From NCBI GenBank assembly GCA_001817345.1, contig MHIE01000019.1:10380-74379 (forward strand): a stretch of 64,000 nucleotides of DNA, in the 5' to 3' direction. This DNA is from Candidatus Buchananbacteria bacterium RIFCSPHIGHO2_01_FULL_44_11 (GTDB taxonomy: Bacteria; Patescibacteriota; Patescibacteriia; Buchananbacterales; UBA6539). The notes below the pieces were generated by a model, which searched no databases, was not told where the DNA came from, and saw only the letters and a list, made by a program, of their open reading frames with translations. The position numbers were made by a program, and so were the translations under genes. Positions 27,985-34,839 of this stretch are shown piece after piece (positions within the stretch are counted from its first letter, which is position 1; each line of letters begins with the position of its first letter).

Positions 27985-28372
27985 TGCGAGGAGTCCTAGT
28001 TGTGCCAAGTTGACGAAGCAATCTAGCTAATCCCAGTCGCCGCTCAAATCTTTCCAATCAGGATTACTAGAATTAATTAAATTAATCTTATCCTGCCGAG
28101 AACCACCTTTAATCTGCTTTTCCCTAGAAATAGCGGCGTTAATATCATTACATTCTTCAAAATAGACTAGCTTGTTGACATTGTATTTACTCGTAAAACC
28201 TTCGATCAATTTATTTTTATGTTCGTAGATTCGTCTTGCCAAATCATTAGTCACGCCAGCATAAGTCACCGTATTACCTTTGTTAGTTAACAAATAAACG
28301 TAATAGTTCCTTGCACCCATATAATAACTAGATTGCTTCGTCGCTCCTTGGGTCGCTCCTCGCAATGACACT
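27977..28372 (-). mobile_element. Candidate autonomous element: inverted palindromic repeats flanking a GIY-YIG nuclease gene
   Basis: Left 27977-28026 and right 28328-28372 both read AGTGTCATTGCGAGGAG-(variable)-GACGAAGCAATCTAG inward; the gene fills the gap. Confidence 0.65.
28027..28320 (-). CDS. GIY-YIG nuclease family protein (stand-alone, about 97 aa)
   Basis: YYVYLL..TYAGVTNDLARRIYEH..GFTSKY..LVYFE..AISREKQIK..NPDWKDL; real start ATG 28320. Confidence 0.9.
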   Translation of the reverse strand: MGARNYYVYLLTNKGNTVTYAGVTNDLARRIYEHKNKLIEGFTSKYNVNKLVYFEECNDINAAISREKQIKGGSRQDKINLINSSNPDWKDLSGDWD

Positions 28373-29526
28373 TAAGTTAGGCTTCTATAAAGTGCGTCAA
28401 GCTGCTGGCCAATTTTATCCCAGTCGTAATTTTGTTCAACTTTATTTCTGCCTTCCAGGCCAAACTGCTTAGCGACGCCCTGATTGACCAATAAGTAATT
28501 GATCTTGGTGGCTAAGTCATCCGGATCCTTGGGTTTGACTAAATAACCGTTGATTTTATCACTAACCACGCTGCGGACACCGGCTAAATTGGTGGCGACC
28601 ACCGGTTTAGCGCAACTCATGCCTTCGACTAAGGTCAAACCAAACGCTTCAGACTTATCAATGGAGGGCAAAACTACCACGTCAGCTAAATTGTAATACT
28701 GGGGTAAGTCAGAGTTAGCGACGTACCCGGTAAAAATTGTTTTGTAATCAATCAAAAGCTGACCGGCTAAGTCCGCATAATGTTTCTTTAGTTCCCCCGC
28801 TCCGACAACGACTAACTTCCATTTATAGGCCGCTTGTTTGAGCCGGCTCATCGCTTCAATCAAATACTCCACACCCTTAAAATAGTGGGCTTTATCCAAG
28901 CCACCGACAAATAAGACCACCGATTCGTCCAGTTCAATCTGATGCCGACTTAACAGCTCGGGATTTTTGGGGCTGGGTAAAAATTTTTGGCTATCAACGC
29001 CATTAGGCACTTCGATAAACTTTTGCGGACTTTTAGTCAAAAGACCGGCGATATTAGAATGCTGAGCATAGTCTAAAGACGTGACAATGACTTTATCAGC
29101 CCGGCGAATTATCCGCGGCAAAATGATTCTATTATGAACCCCAAAAAAAAATTTAAGCAGTCCCTGACCGACAACGTCCATGTGATAATGCAAAACAATT
29201 TTTGCCCCTGACTTTTTCAATTTTTTAGCGTGCAGCCAAATCAATTCCGCCCCGCCAAAATAAGGGTAATGCAGATGAATAATTTCAAAACCTTTAAGCA
29301 AACCGGCCAACCCGGGTGTAAAAGCGGCATTGCCGTATTTAATCAAGGGCTTCAGCCGCCTGATATTTAAATCCGGCAGCTCTTCTTGTTTAATCGGAGC
29401 ATATTCCGGAGTAAAAATAGTGACCTGATGGCCAAGCTTAATCAAAGCCTTGGCGTTATAAGCCGCCACATTACCAATACCGCCGGCATAGGGCGGAAAA
29501 GTTGAAGTAACAATAGCGATTTTCAT
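28372..29526 (-). CDS. Glycosyltransferase family 4
   Basis: GGIG, FVGGLDKAHYFKG, PSIDKSEAFGLTLVEGM. Confidence 0.92.
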   Translation of the reverse strand: MKIAIVTSTFPPYAGGIGNVAAYNAKALIKLGHQVTIFTPEYAPIKQEELPDLNIRRLKPLIKYGNAAFTPGLAGLLKGFEIIHLHYPYFGGAELIWLHAKKLKKSGAKIVLHYHMDVVGQGLLKFFFGVHNRIILPRIIRRADKVIVTSLDYAQHSNIAGLLTKSPQKFIEVPNGVDSQKFLPSPKNPELLSRHQIELDESVVLFVGGLDKAHYFKGVEYLIEAMSRLKQAAYKWKLVVVGAGELKKHYADLAGQLLIDYKTIFTGYVANSDLPQYYNLADVVVLPSIDKSEAFGLTLVEGMSCAKPVVATNLAGVRSVVSDKINGYLVKPKDPDDLATKINYLLVNQGVAKQFGLEGRNKVEQNYDWDKIGQQLDALYRSLT

Positions 29527-29527
29527 A

Positions 29528-29667
29528 CCCAGTAGTGAAACTTTGATTTAATAATTATATCGCCGGCAATAATAGCTAAATAAGGTTTACTCTACTATAA
29601 TAATTTTGCCTAGTAGTCTTTAACCGCCCGCTGTGGCGGGCGGTATTATCAAATTTTCACTACTGGG
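29528..29667. mobile_element. MITE (TIR CCCAGTAGTGAAA.TTTGAT), 4-bp TSD CATA, at glycosyltransferase start codon
   Basis: CATA at 29524-29527 and 29668-29671; 19/20-bp TIR; internal hairpin ACCGCCCGC-TGTG-GCGGGCGGT. Confidence 0.8.
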
Positions 29668-29689
29668 CATACCAATATATTAACATTTT

Positions 29690-30703
29690 TTAAAACAGTT
29701 GACCACCAATATTCCTGATCCGATTCACTAACTTTTTAGCGTTACCATGGCTTAGTAGCCCAAGATACGACTGAACCGTGTCAATATTCCCCTCTTTCAT
29801 TTGAACATTTCGGAGCATGCGCCTTTTTGTCGCCGTTCGAAGTATGCGATGGTCAAAAAAGTGTACCCACCCCAAAAAATCCACACCAGAGGTAATAGTT
29901 TTAATAAATAGCTTATCAGGATGTAATTCGAGCCGCAATTTGTCCATTAAAAAATTTCTCACCACCAGTAGAGTATTCTGAAGCCATATTTTATCATCAG
30001 ACAAAAAAACAAAATCATCTGCATAACGGATATAATATTTGACTTTAAGCTGGTGTTTTACGAACTGATCGAATTCATTCATGTAAACATTAACCAGTAG
30101 TTGTGAAGTTAGGTTGCCGAGTGGCAAGCCCCTGCCTTTTTCAGTTGAATTAAAACTTGAAACAATTTTGAAGATAAGCCAACGGATATCAACATCCGAA
30201 ATGTAACAACTAATGATTTCAAACAACACTGCTTGATTAATTGAAGCAAAAAATTTTTTAATGTCACACTTTAACACCCACACTGTTCGGGTATGGTTAA
30301 ATGATGCCTTATAGGCAAAATTTCGAAACTGACTAATTGCTTTATGGGTGCCTTTATCAAGACGGCACGAGTACGAATCGGCAATAAAAGTTTTATCGAA
30401 GAACGGATATAAAATTCTATAAATAGCATGATGTAGCAGTCTATCTCGTACGCTGGCTTTATGAATATTCCTTGGTTTGGGATCAGAAATATTAAACGCC
30501 TGGTATGGCGAGTGTTGATAGGTTTTATTTGCTAAATCTTGATAAAGTGTTAAGATATTAGCCATCAAATTCAATTCAAATTGTTGCACGTCTTTGTGTG
30601 ACCGCTTGCCGCACAAAAATTCCTTCCAGGCCTTGAGTAAATTCTCAGCCGAAATAATATCTTCGTACTCATTAGTAAATTGAAGCCTTCCCATATATGC
30701 CAT
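29690..30703 (-). CDS. DGR reverse transcriptase
   Basis: KPRNI..RDRLLHHA, SYSCR..KGTH, LKCDIKKFF, GLPLGNLTSQ (DGR-type SQ), YIRYADD, VDFLG; 337 aa with no maturase or endonuclease domain; adjacent Avd, TR and VR. Confidence 0.95.
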   Translation of the reverse strand: MAYMGRLQFTNEYEDIISAENLLKAWKEFLCGKRSHKDVQQFELNLMANILTLYQDLANKTYQHSPYQAFNISDPKPRNIHKASVRDRLLHHAIYRILYPFFDKTFIADSYSCRLDKGTHKAISQFRNFAYKASFNHTRTVWVLKCDIKKFFASINQAVLFEIISCYISDVDIRWLIFKIVSSFNSTEKGRGLPLGNLTSQLLVNVYMNEFDQFVKHQLKVKYYIRYADDFVFLSDDKIWLQNTLLVVRNFLMDKLRLELHPDKLFIKTITSGVDFLGWVHFFDHRILRTATKRRMLRNVQMKEGNIDTVQSYLGLLSHGNAKKLVNRIRNIGGQLF

Positions 30704-31090
30704 ATTCTACCCCCCCACCCAGCGATTTTGCCAGTGTTACAAAAAATAAAAAGTGCTTATCTACTATGGTACGGCTACTACCAAACACTACCAAAAACCC
30801 AGCGCTATTCACTGGGTCAAAGAATTGATACGTTATTTATAGAGATTATCGAAGCGGTTGCCACCGCCAGTTTTTTGGTACGGCAGGAAAAAATACCCTA
30901 TGTTCGACGAGCCATCCAAAAACTCGACACGCTCAAAATACTGTTGATGGTATTGTGGGAAACAAAGACGTTAGACAATAAAAAATACATAGCTCTGTCG
31001 GCGCCACTAGATGAAATCGGTAAAATGCTAGGCGGCTGGAACGGCCAATTAGTAAAACAAAACTCCCTCGAAAGGCCGAGGGAGAAATAA
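30680..31090 (+). CDS. avd: DGR accessory variability determinant Avd (four-helix bundle); start uncertain
   Basis: LPKTQRYSLGQRID, KLDTLKILL, EIGKMLGGW; located between TR and RT. Confidence 0.9.
   Translation: MKPSHICHILPPHPAILPVLQKIKSAYLLWYGYYQTLPKTQRYSLGQRIDTLFIEIIEAVATASFLVRQEKIPYVRRAIQKLDTLKILLMVLWETKTLDNKKYIALSAPLDEIGKMLGGWNGQLVKQNSLERPREK
31063..31084 (-). other. Hairpin just 3' of TR (spacer region)
   Basis: CTCCCTCG-AAAGGC-CGAGGGAG, 8-bp stem, overlapping the end of avd. Confidence 0.6.
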
Positions 31091-31098
31091 AGTCAGTG

Positions 31099-31231
31099 GC
31101 TGGGACGAGGAACAGGAATCCGTTCTCACGATTCCACCTGTCGTCGGGGTTGCCGTTGAATGTGTTCAACCAGCGACCATCGTCGTTACGGTTCAGACCG
31201 AGCAGGTTCAGGTTGCCGTTCGAGTCGGTAA
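31099..31231 (-). repeat. DGR template repeat (TR)
   Basis: 133 bp aligning without gaps to 31591-31723; 9 AAC codons plus 1 AAT in the target frame; all 23 mismatches at TR adenines. Confidence 0.97.
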
Positions 31232-31482
31232 TATGTACAGTATGTCATCTATGCCACCGCCCCTTGAGTACTCTTAGGGTTGTATCGTATTTGGCATCGT
31301 AATGCCCTAACACACTGTACCAAGTAACTTCGTTTTTTAGCACCACATCCTACGCTATCTCAATCCGCCAACCGGCGGACGGAGATACTCTGAGATATAT
31401 GGATACTGGATTCGGTAGCGGAAAGCCTTAACTATCCGCATATTCACCTACTACCATTTTTAGTATAACAGAAAATAAATCA

Positions 31483-31513
31483 CCCCGCATCTTCATACAA
31501 GACAGATGCGGGG
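31483..31513. other. GC-rich hairpin downstream of VR/IMH
   Basis: CCCCGCATCT-11 nt-AGATGCGGGG, perfect 10-bp stem. Confidence 0.65.
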
Positions 31514-31580
31514 CGTTGTTCGGAAAGTCCAAGGACTAAATCCAAGGGTCAAAAAGACCCAAGAACCCAAGTCCAAAGGA

Positions 31581-32204
31581 CTAGTTACTTGCTGGGACGA
31601 GGAACAGGAATCCGCGCCCACGACTCCACCCGCCGTCGGGGCGGCCGTCGAAAGTGTTCAACCAGCGACCACCGACGCAACGGCGCAGACCGAGCAGGCT
31701 CAGGAAGCCGCACGAGACGGAAACCGGCTGGTGCATGACGATCAGAGCCCACAGCCCCATCTGTTCGAGGTCTTCGTCTGAGAACATCTCGCGCACATAC
31801 GGTGCCAACTCGACCGAGGGGTCAAGATAGCCGCGCTTGGCCGCCTCAACCCTGATATTCTCGTTGGTGCGTTTGTCGTCCTCGAACTCGTCGCCCATGA
31901 TAAGCGCAAGCTTGTAGGCCTTGCCGTCGGTGGCGACGAACTCTTTACCGCGAAGCAGTTCCTGGGCGTAGTCGTCGACACGATCACCCTGGACTTCGAG
32001 ATCGGTGATGTGCTGGTCGCCTGAACGACCGTTGGTCGTGACCTCAAAGGTCTTGGGTACGCCGAACGGATTTTCTCCGCGCAGGAATCGCTTCAAGCGA
32101 CGGAGCCACATCGTGCCTTTCGGGCCAGCGAGTTTGTCCTCGATATCTTTTCTCGGTCCCTGAGTGTCAGAGAGCGAGAGGTTGCCGAGCATACCTTGCG
32201 ACAT
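31581..32204 (-). CDS. DGR target protein (207 aa) with C-terminal variable region
   Basis: AGGAGG Shine-Dalgarno before ATG 32204; last about 45 codons form the VR, ending GFLFLVPASN. Confidence 0.9.
   Translation of the reverse strand: MSQGMLGNLSLSDTQGPRKDIEDKLAGPKGTMWLRRLKRFLRGENPFGVPKTFEVTTNGRSGDQHITDLEVQGDRVDDYAQELLRGKEFVATDGKAYKLALIMGDEFEDDKRTNENIRVEAAKRGYLDPSVELAPYVREMFSDEDLEQMGLWALIVMHQPVSVSCGFLSLLGLRRCVGGRWLNTFDGRPDGGWSRGRGFLFLVPASN
31591..31723 (-). repeat. DGR variable repeat (VR)
   Basis: Relative to TR: 12 A>G, 8 A>T, 3 A>C; invariant 24-bp 3' segment (IMH-like). Confidence 0.97.
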
Positions 32205-32282
32205 GGTCAGTCCTCCTCTTCTTTCATTGAGATTATGCCAGCGGACTACTAGGTAGTCATAGCCAGAAAACACTGATCCACA

Positions 32283-32366
32283 TGTCATTGCGAGCGAAGC
32301 GAAGCAATCTCTTTGGTTGTAGATTGCTTCGTCCCCCGACGTAAAGTCGGGGTCCTCGCAATGACA
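32283..32366. repeat. TGTCATTGCGA...GAAGCAATC palindromic doublet (minimal gene-less copy)
   Basis: TGTCATTGCGAGCGAAGCGAAGCAATCT-10 nt-AGATTGCTTCG...CTCGCAATGACA. Confidence 0.85.
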
Positions 32367-32413
32367 CGAAAAATGGGTGGCTTTTGGCTATGACTACTGT
32401 TTTTACAAGCTTG

Positions 32414-32442
32414 CCCCGTTAGAAATTTATTTCTAAACGGGG
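32414..32442. repeat. Minimal CCCCGTTAGAAA/TTTCTAAACGGGG palindrome
   Basis: Same TIR family as 33685-33802; no TSD visible. Confidence 0.65.
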
Positions 32443-32473
32443 TAAATATATAATTAAAAAGAACTAATGACAT

Positions 32474-32502
32474 AGTATACCATAACTAGACAATTATGTC
32501 AA
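32474..32502 (-). promoter_or_regulatory. Near-consensus sigma70 promoter for DGR target gene
   Basis: Minus strand TTGACA-17 bp-TATACT with extended -10 TG. Confidence 0.75.
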
Positions 32503-32548
32503 ATAAGCGGCCAAAATTAAAATATGGTAAAATGTAATTAAAGTGATT

Positions 32549-33232
32549 ATGGCAAAAGAAATAACCCAGGACATCGAAAAATTCATAGAAAAACAAAGCG
32601 AACCGATGGCCGGCAGTCTGCACTTGATTGGCGCCATTCTAGCCATTGCCGCCCTGGTGATTTTGGTTAAGGCGGCCGCCGAAACCGGCGAACCGAAAAA
32701 AATTATCAGCTTCACCATTTTTGGCGTTGGTTTAATCTTGGTTTACGTTTCCAGCACGCTTTATCATCTCCTGTCTTTGGAACCGAAAACCAAAAGCGTT
32801 TTAAGGCGCCTGGATCATTCCATGATTTACCTTTTAATCGCCGGCAGTTATACCCCGATTTGTTTAGTCGCTTTACCCGGCAGCTGGGGCTGGAGTTTAC
32901 TTGGTGTAGTCTGGGGACTGGCATTGATCGGCATTTTAATTAAATCAAAAAATATCCAAATTAAAGCCTGGCTGTCCACAATCGTTTATCTAGCCATGGG
33001 CTGGCTAATTTTGATCGCTTTTGTCCCCCTCTTTAAAGTTTTGTCAACCGCCGGGATATTCTGGTTATTTGCCGGCGGCATCGCTTACACCTCCGGCACG
33101 ATATTTTTTGGCTTGGGAAAAATTCTGCCCCGAAAGAGTAAATTTTGGATGCATGAAATTTGGCATTTGTTTGTCATGGCCGGCAGTTTCAGCCATTTTT
33201 GGCTGATGCTCCAATACGTCGTTTATCTCTAA
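32549..33232 (+). CDS. Hemolysin III / PAQR family membrane protein
   Basis: SSTLYH, RRLDHSMIYLLIAGSYTP, HEIWHLFV. Confidence 0.93.
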   Translation: MAKEITQDIEKFIEKQSEPMAGSLHLIGAILAIAALVILVKAAAETGEPKKIISFTIFGVGLILVYVSSTLYHLLSLEPKTKSVLRRLDHSMIYLLIAGSYTPICLVALPGSWGWSLLGVVWGLALIGILIKSKNIQIKAWLSTIVYLAMGWLILIAFVPLFKVLSTAGIFWLFAGGIAYTSGTIFFGLGKILPRKSKFWMHEIWHLFVMAGSFSHFWLMLQYVVYL

Positions 33233-33262
33233 AATCTAAACCCCTAGCAAGGGGCTTCTTCC

Positions 33263-33353
33263 TGTCATTCCGCACTTGATGCGGAATCTAGGGTTAATCC
33301 GTACAAACCCTGGATTCCCGCTTACGCGGGAATGACACGGGGTGGGAATGACA
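33263..33353. repeat. TGTCATTCC...GGAATC palindromic doublet
   Basis: TGTCATTCCGCACTTGATGCGGAATCT ... GGATTCCCGCTTACGCGGGAATGACA, plus an extra GGGAATGACA. Confidence 0.75.
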
Positions 33354-33420
33354 AGAATAGCGTAAAAATATTAAAGCGATAGGCTAAAGTCTAGAATTTA
33401 TAACCCATCAAAAAGGGTCT

Positions 33421-33591
33421 ATGACTAATCAAAAAGAACAAAACGGCTGCTTTAATTGCGGCAATCAAAGACAAAATTTTATCCCCGGCTCAGTTGATGA
33501 CCATTGTCCCTATTGCGGCTTTAAAGAAGGCTGCTGCAATTATTACGAACCGATCGTTGAAAAAATCGAAATCGAATATGAATCACGTTAG
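33421..33591 (+). CDS. Small Cys-rich zinc-ribbon protein (56 aa, not in ORF track)
   Basis: MTNQKEQNGCFNCG...HCPYCGFKEGCCNYYE...; CxxC and CPxCG motifs. Confidence 0.65.
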   Translation: MTNQKEQNGCFNCGNQRQNFIPGSVDDHCPYCGFKEGCCNYYEPIVEKIEIEYESR

Positions 33592-33818
33592 AGGCCGCCG
33601 TCACCACCAGCCGGAAAGTAATAATAACTTGTAATTTTAATATAAGAATATTAATGCAGTAATGCGGTTAACGACTGCAACCTGCCCCGTTAGAAATTGT
33701 GGGTGCATAAAAAAATATTTATGAAAGTTGAGACTATTATAAAATTTATTACGGCCCTACCGCGACGAAAATCAGTCAGTCTACGTCTTATTTCTAACGG
33801 GGCCTGCCTCTAACGGGA
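33583..33818. mobile_element. Outer MITE (TIR TCMCGTTAGAGGC), TSD TGAA, at dus start codon
   Basis: TGAA at 33579-33582 and 33819-33822; TCACGTTAGAGGC / GCCTCTAACGGGA. Confidence 0.75.
33685..33802. mobile_element. Inner nested MITE (TIR CCCCGTTAGAAAT), TSD CCTG
   Basis: CCTG at 33681-33684 and 33803-33806; perfect 13-bp TIR. Confidence 0.85.
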
Positions 33819-34765
33819 TGAATAAAGACTTTTGGCAAAATCTCAAAAAACCGATTATCGCTTTGGCGCCGATGGACGGCTACACTGACAGCGCTTTCCG
33901 TCAAATTTGCAAAGAGGTTAATCCGGCAATTATTGTTTTTACCGAATTCACTTCCGCCGACGGCTTAAGCCATGGCGCCAAAACCCTGAAAGAAAAAATT
34001 GCCTTCGTACCCAGTGAGCAACCCATCATTGTTCAACTGTTTGGTAAAGAACCGCAAAAATTTGTTGAAGCGGTTAAATATTGTGAAGCGGCCGGTTTTG
34101 CCGGCATTGACATTAACATGGGTTGCCCGGCCAGAAAAGTCATCCGATCCGAACACGGCCTGGCTTTGCGCAAAGATCCAGAAACCGCTTTCCGGATTGT
34201 TGAAGCCGTGGCGAAAAACACTAAATTGCCCGTCTCGGTTAAAACCCGGCTCGGTTGGGACGGCAATTTGGACTTAGACAGTTTTGCCAAAGGCATTGAA
34301 AATGCCGGCGCTAATTTAATTACCATTCACGCCCGGTTTTTTAAAGAAGTCCGGTTTGGGCCGATTGACTACAACCCCCTTTACGAATTGAAAAGTAAAA
34401 TCAAAATTCCAATTATTGTTAACGGCGGCATTACCTCGCTGACCGATGGCCTAGAAAAAATCGGCAATTTGGACGGCCTGATGATTGGCCGGGCGGCTTT
34501 GGGCAATCCTTGGGTTTTTAACCTTAAACCAGTGACAAATTTCAGTGAAAAAATACCGGTCATTAAAAGGCACGCCGCTTACATGGTTAAAACTAAAGGG
34601 GCGAAGGCGGGAATTCTCCAGATGCGCAAACACCTTCTGGACTATGTGAGCGCCATGCCCCAAGCTAAAAATTTCCGGTCTCAACTGGCGAGAGTCAATA
34701 ATTTAAAAGAAATTGACGGCGTTTTAGCCGAGATCAAAACCAGTCTAGCCGCTGAATCGGCTTAA
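33818..34765 (+). CDS. dus: tRNA-dihydrouridine synthase
   Basis: LAPMDGYTD, IDINMGCP, VSVKTRLG, TIHAR, NGGI, MIGRAALGNPW. Confidence 0.93.
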   Translation: MNKDFWQNLKKPIIALAPMDGYTDSAFRQICKEVNPAIIVFTEFTSADGLSHGAKTLKEKIAFVPSEQPIIVQLFGKEPQKFVEAVKYCEAAGFAGIDINMGCPARKVIRSEHGLALRKDPETAFRIVEAVAKNTKLPVSVKTRLGWDGNLDLDSFAKGIENAGANLITIHARFFKEVRFGPIDYNPLYELKSKIKIPIIVNGGITSLTDGLEKIGNLDGLMIGRAALGNPWVFNLKPVTNFSEKIPVIKRHAAYMVKTKGAKAGILQMRKHLLDYVSAMPQAKNFRSQLARVNNLKEIDGVLAEIKTSLAAESA

Positions 34766-34839
34766 GCCACCTAAGCCAATGGACGGTTTTTGGTGAAAAT
34801 GTTAAAATTAATCTGGTTTTAGCCAATTAAATTACTTTT

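Noticed and set aside
28321-28371. N-terminal extension MSLRGATQGATKQSS of the GIY-YIG ORF
   Set aside because: Encoded by the flanking repeat; the domain starts at ATG 28320.
29690-30703. RT as group II intron, retron or CRISPR-associated RT
   Set aside because: No maturase or endonuclease domain and no intron, msr-msd or cas context; the SQ motif, Avd and adenine-specific TR/VR pair identify a DGR.
30933-31302. ORFs 30933-31169 (-) and 31096-31302 (+)
   Set aside because: By-products of TR, which mirrors the target reading frame; TR functions as RNA.
31483-31513. Hairpin as a CCCCGCACC-family MITE
   Set aside because: Ends are similar, but the flanks (ATCA / CGTT) show no 4-bp duplication; its position after VR fits a DGR hairpin or terminator better.
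32205-32288. Longer start for the DGR target at 32288
   Set aside because: That ATG comes from the repeat end; ATG 32204 has an AGGAGG site.
29528-32502. DGR as part of a prophage
   Set aside because: No integrase, structural or replication genes; flanks are glycosyltransferase and housekeeping genes.
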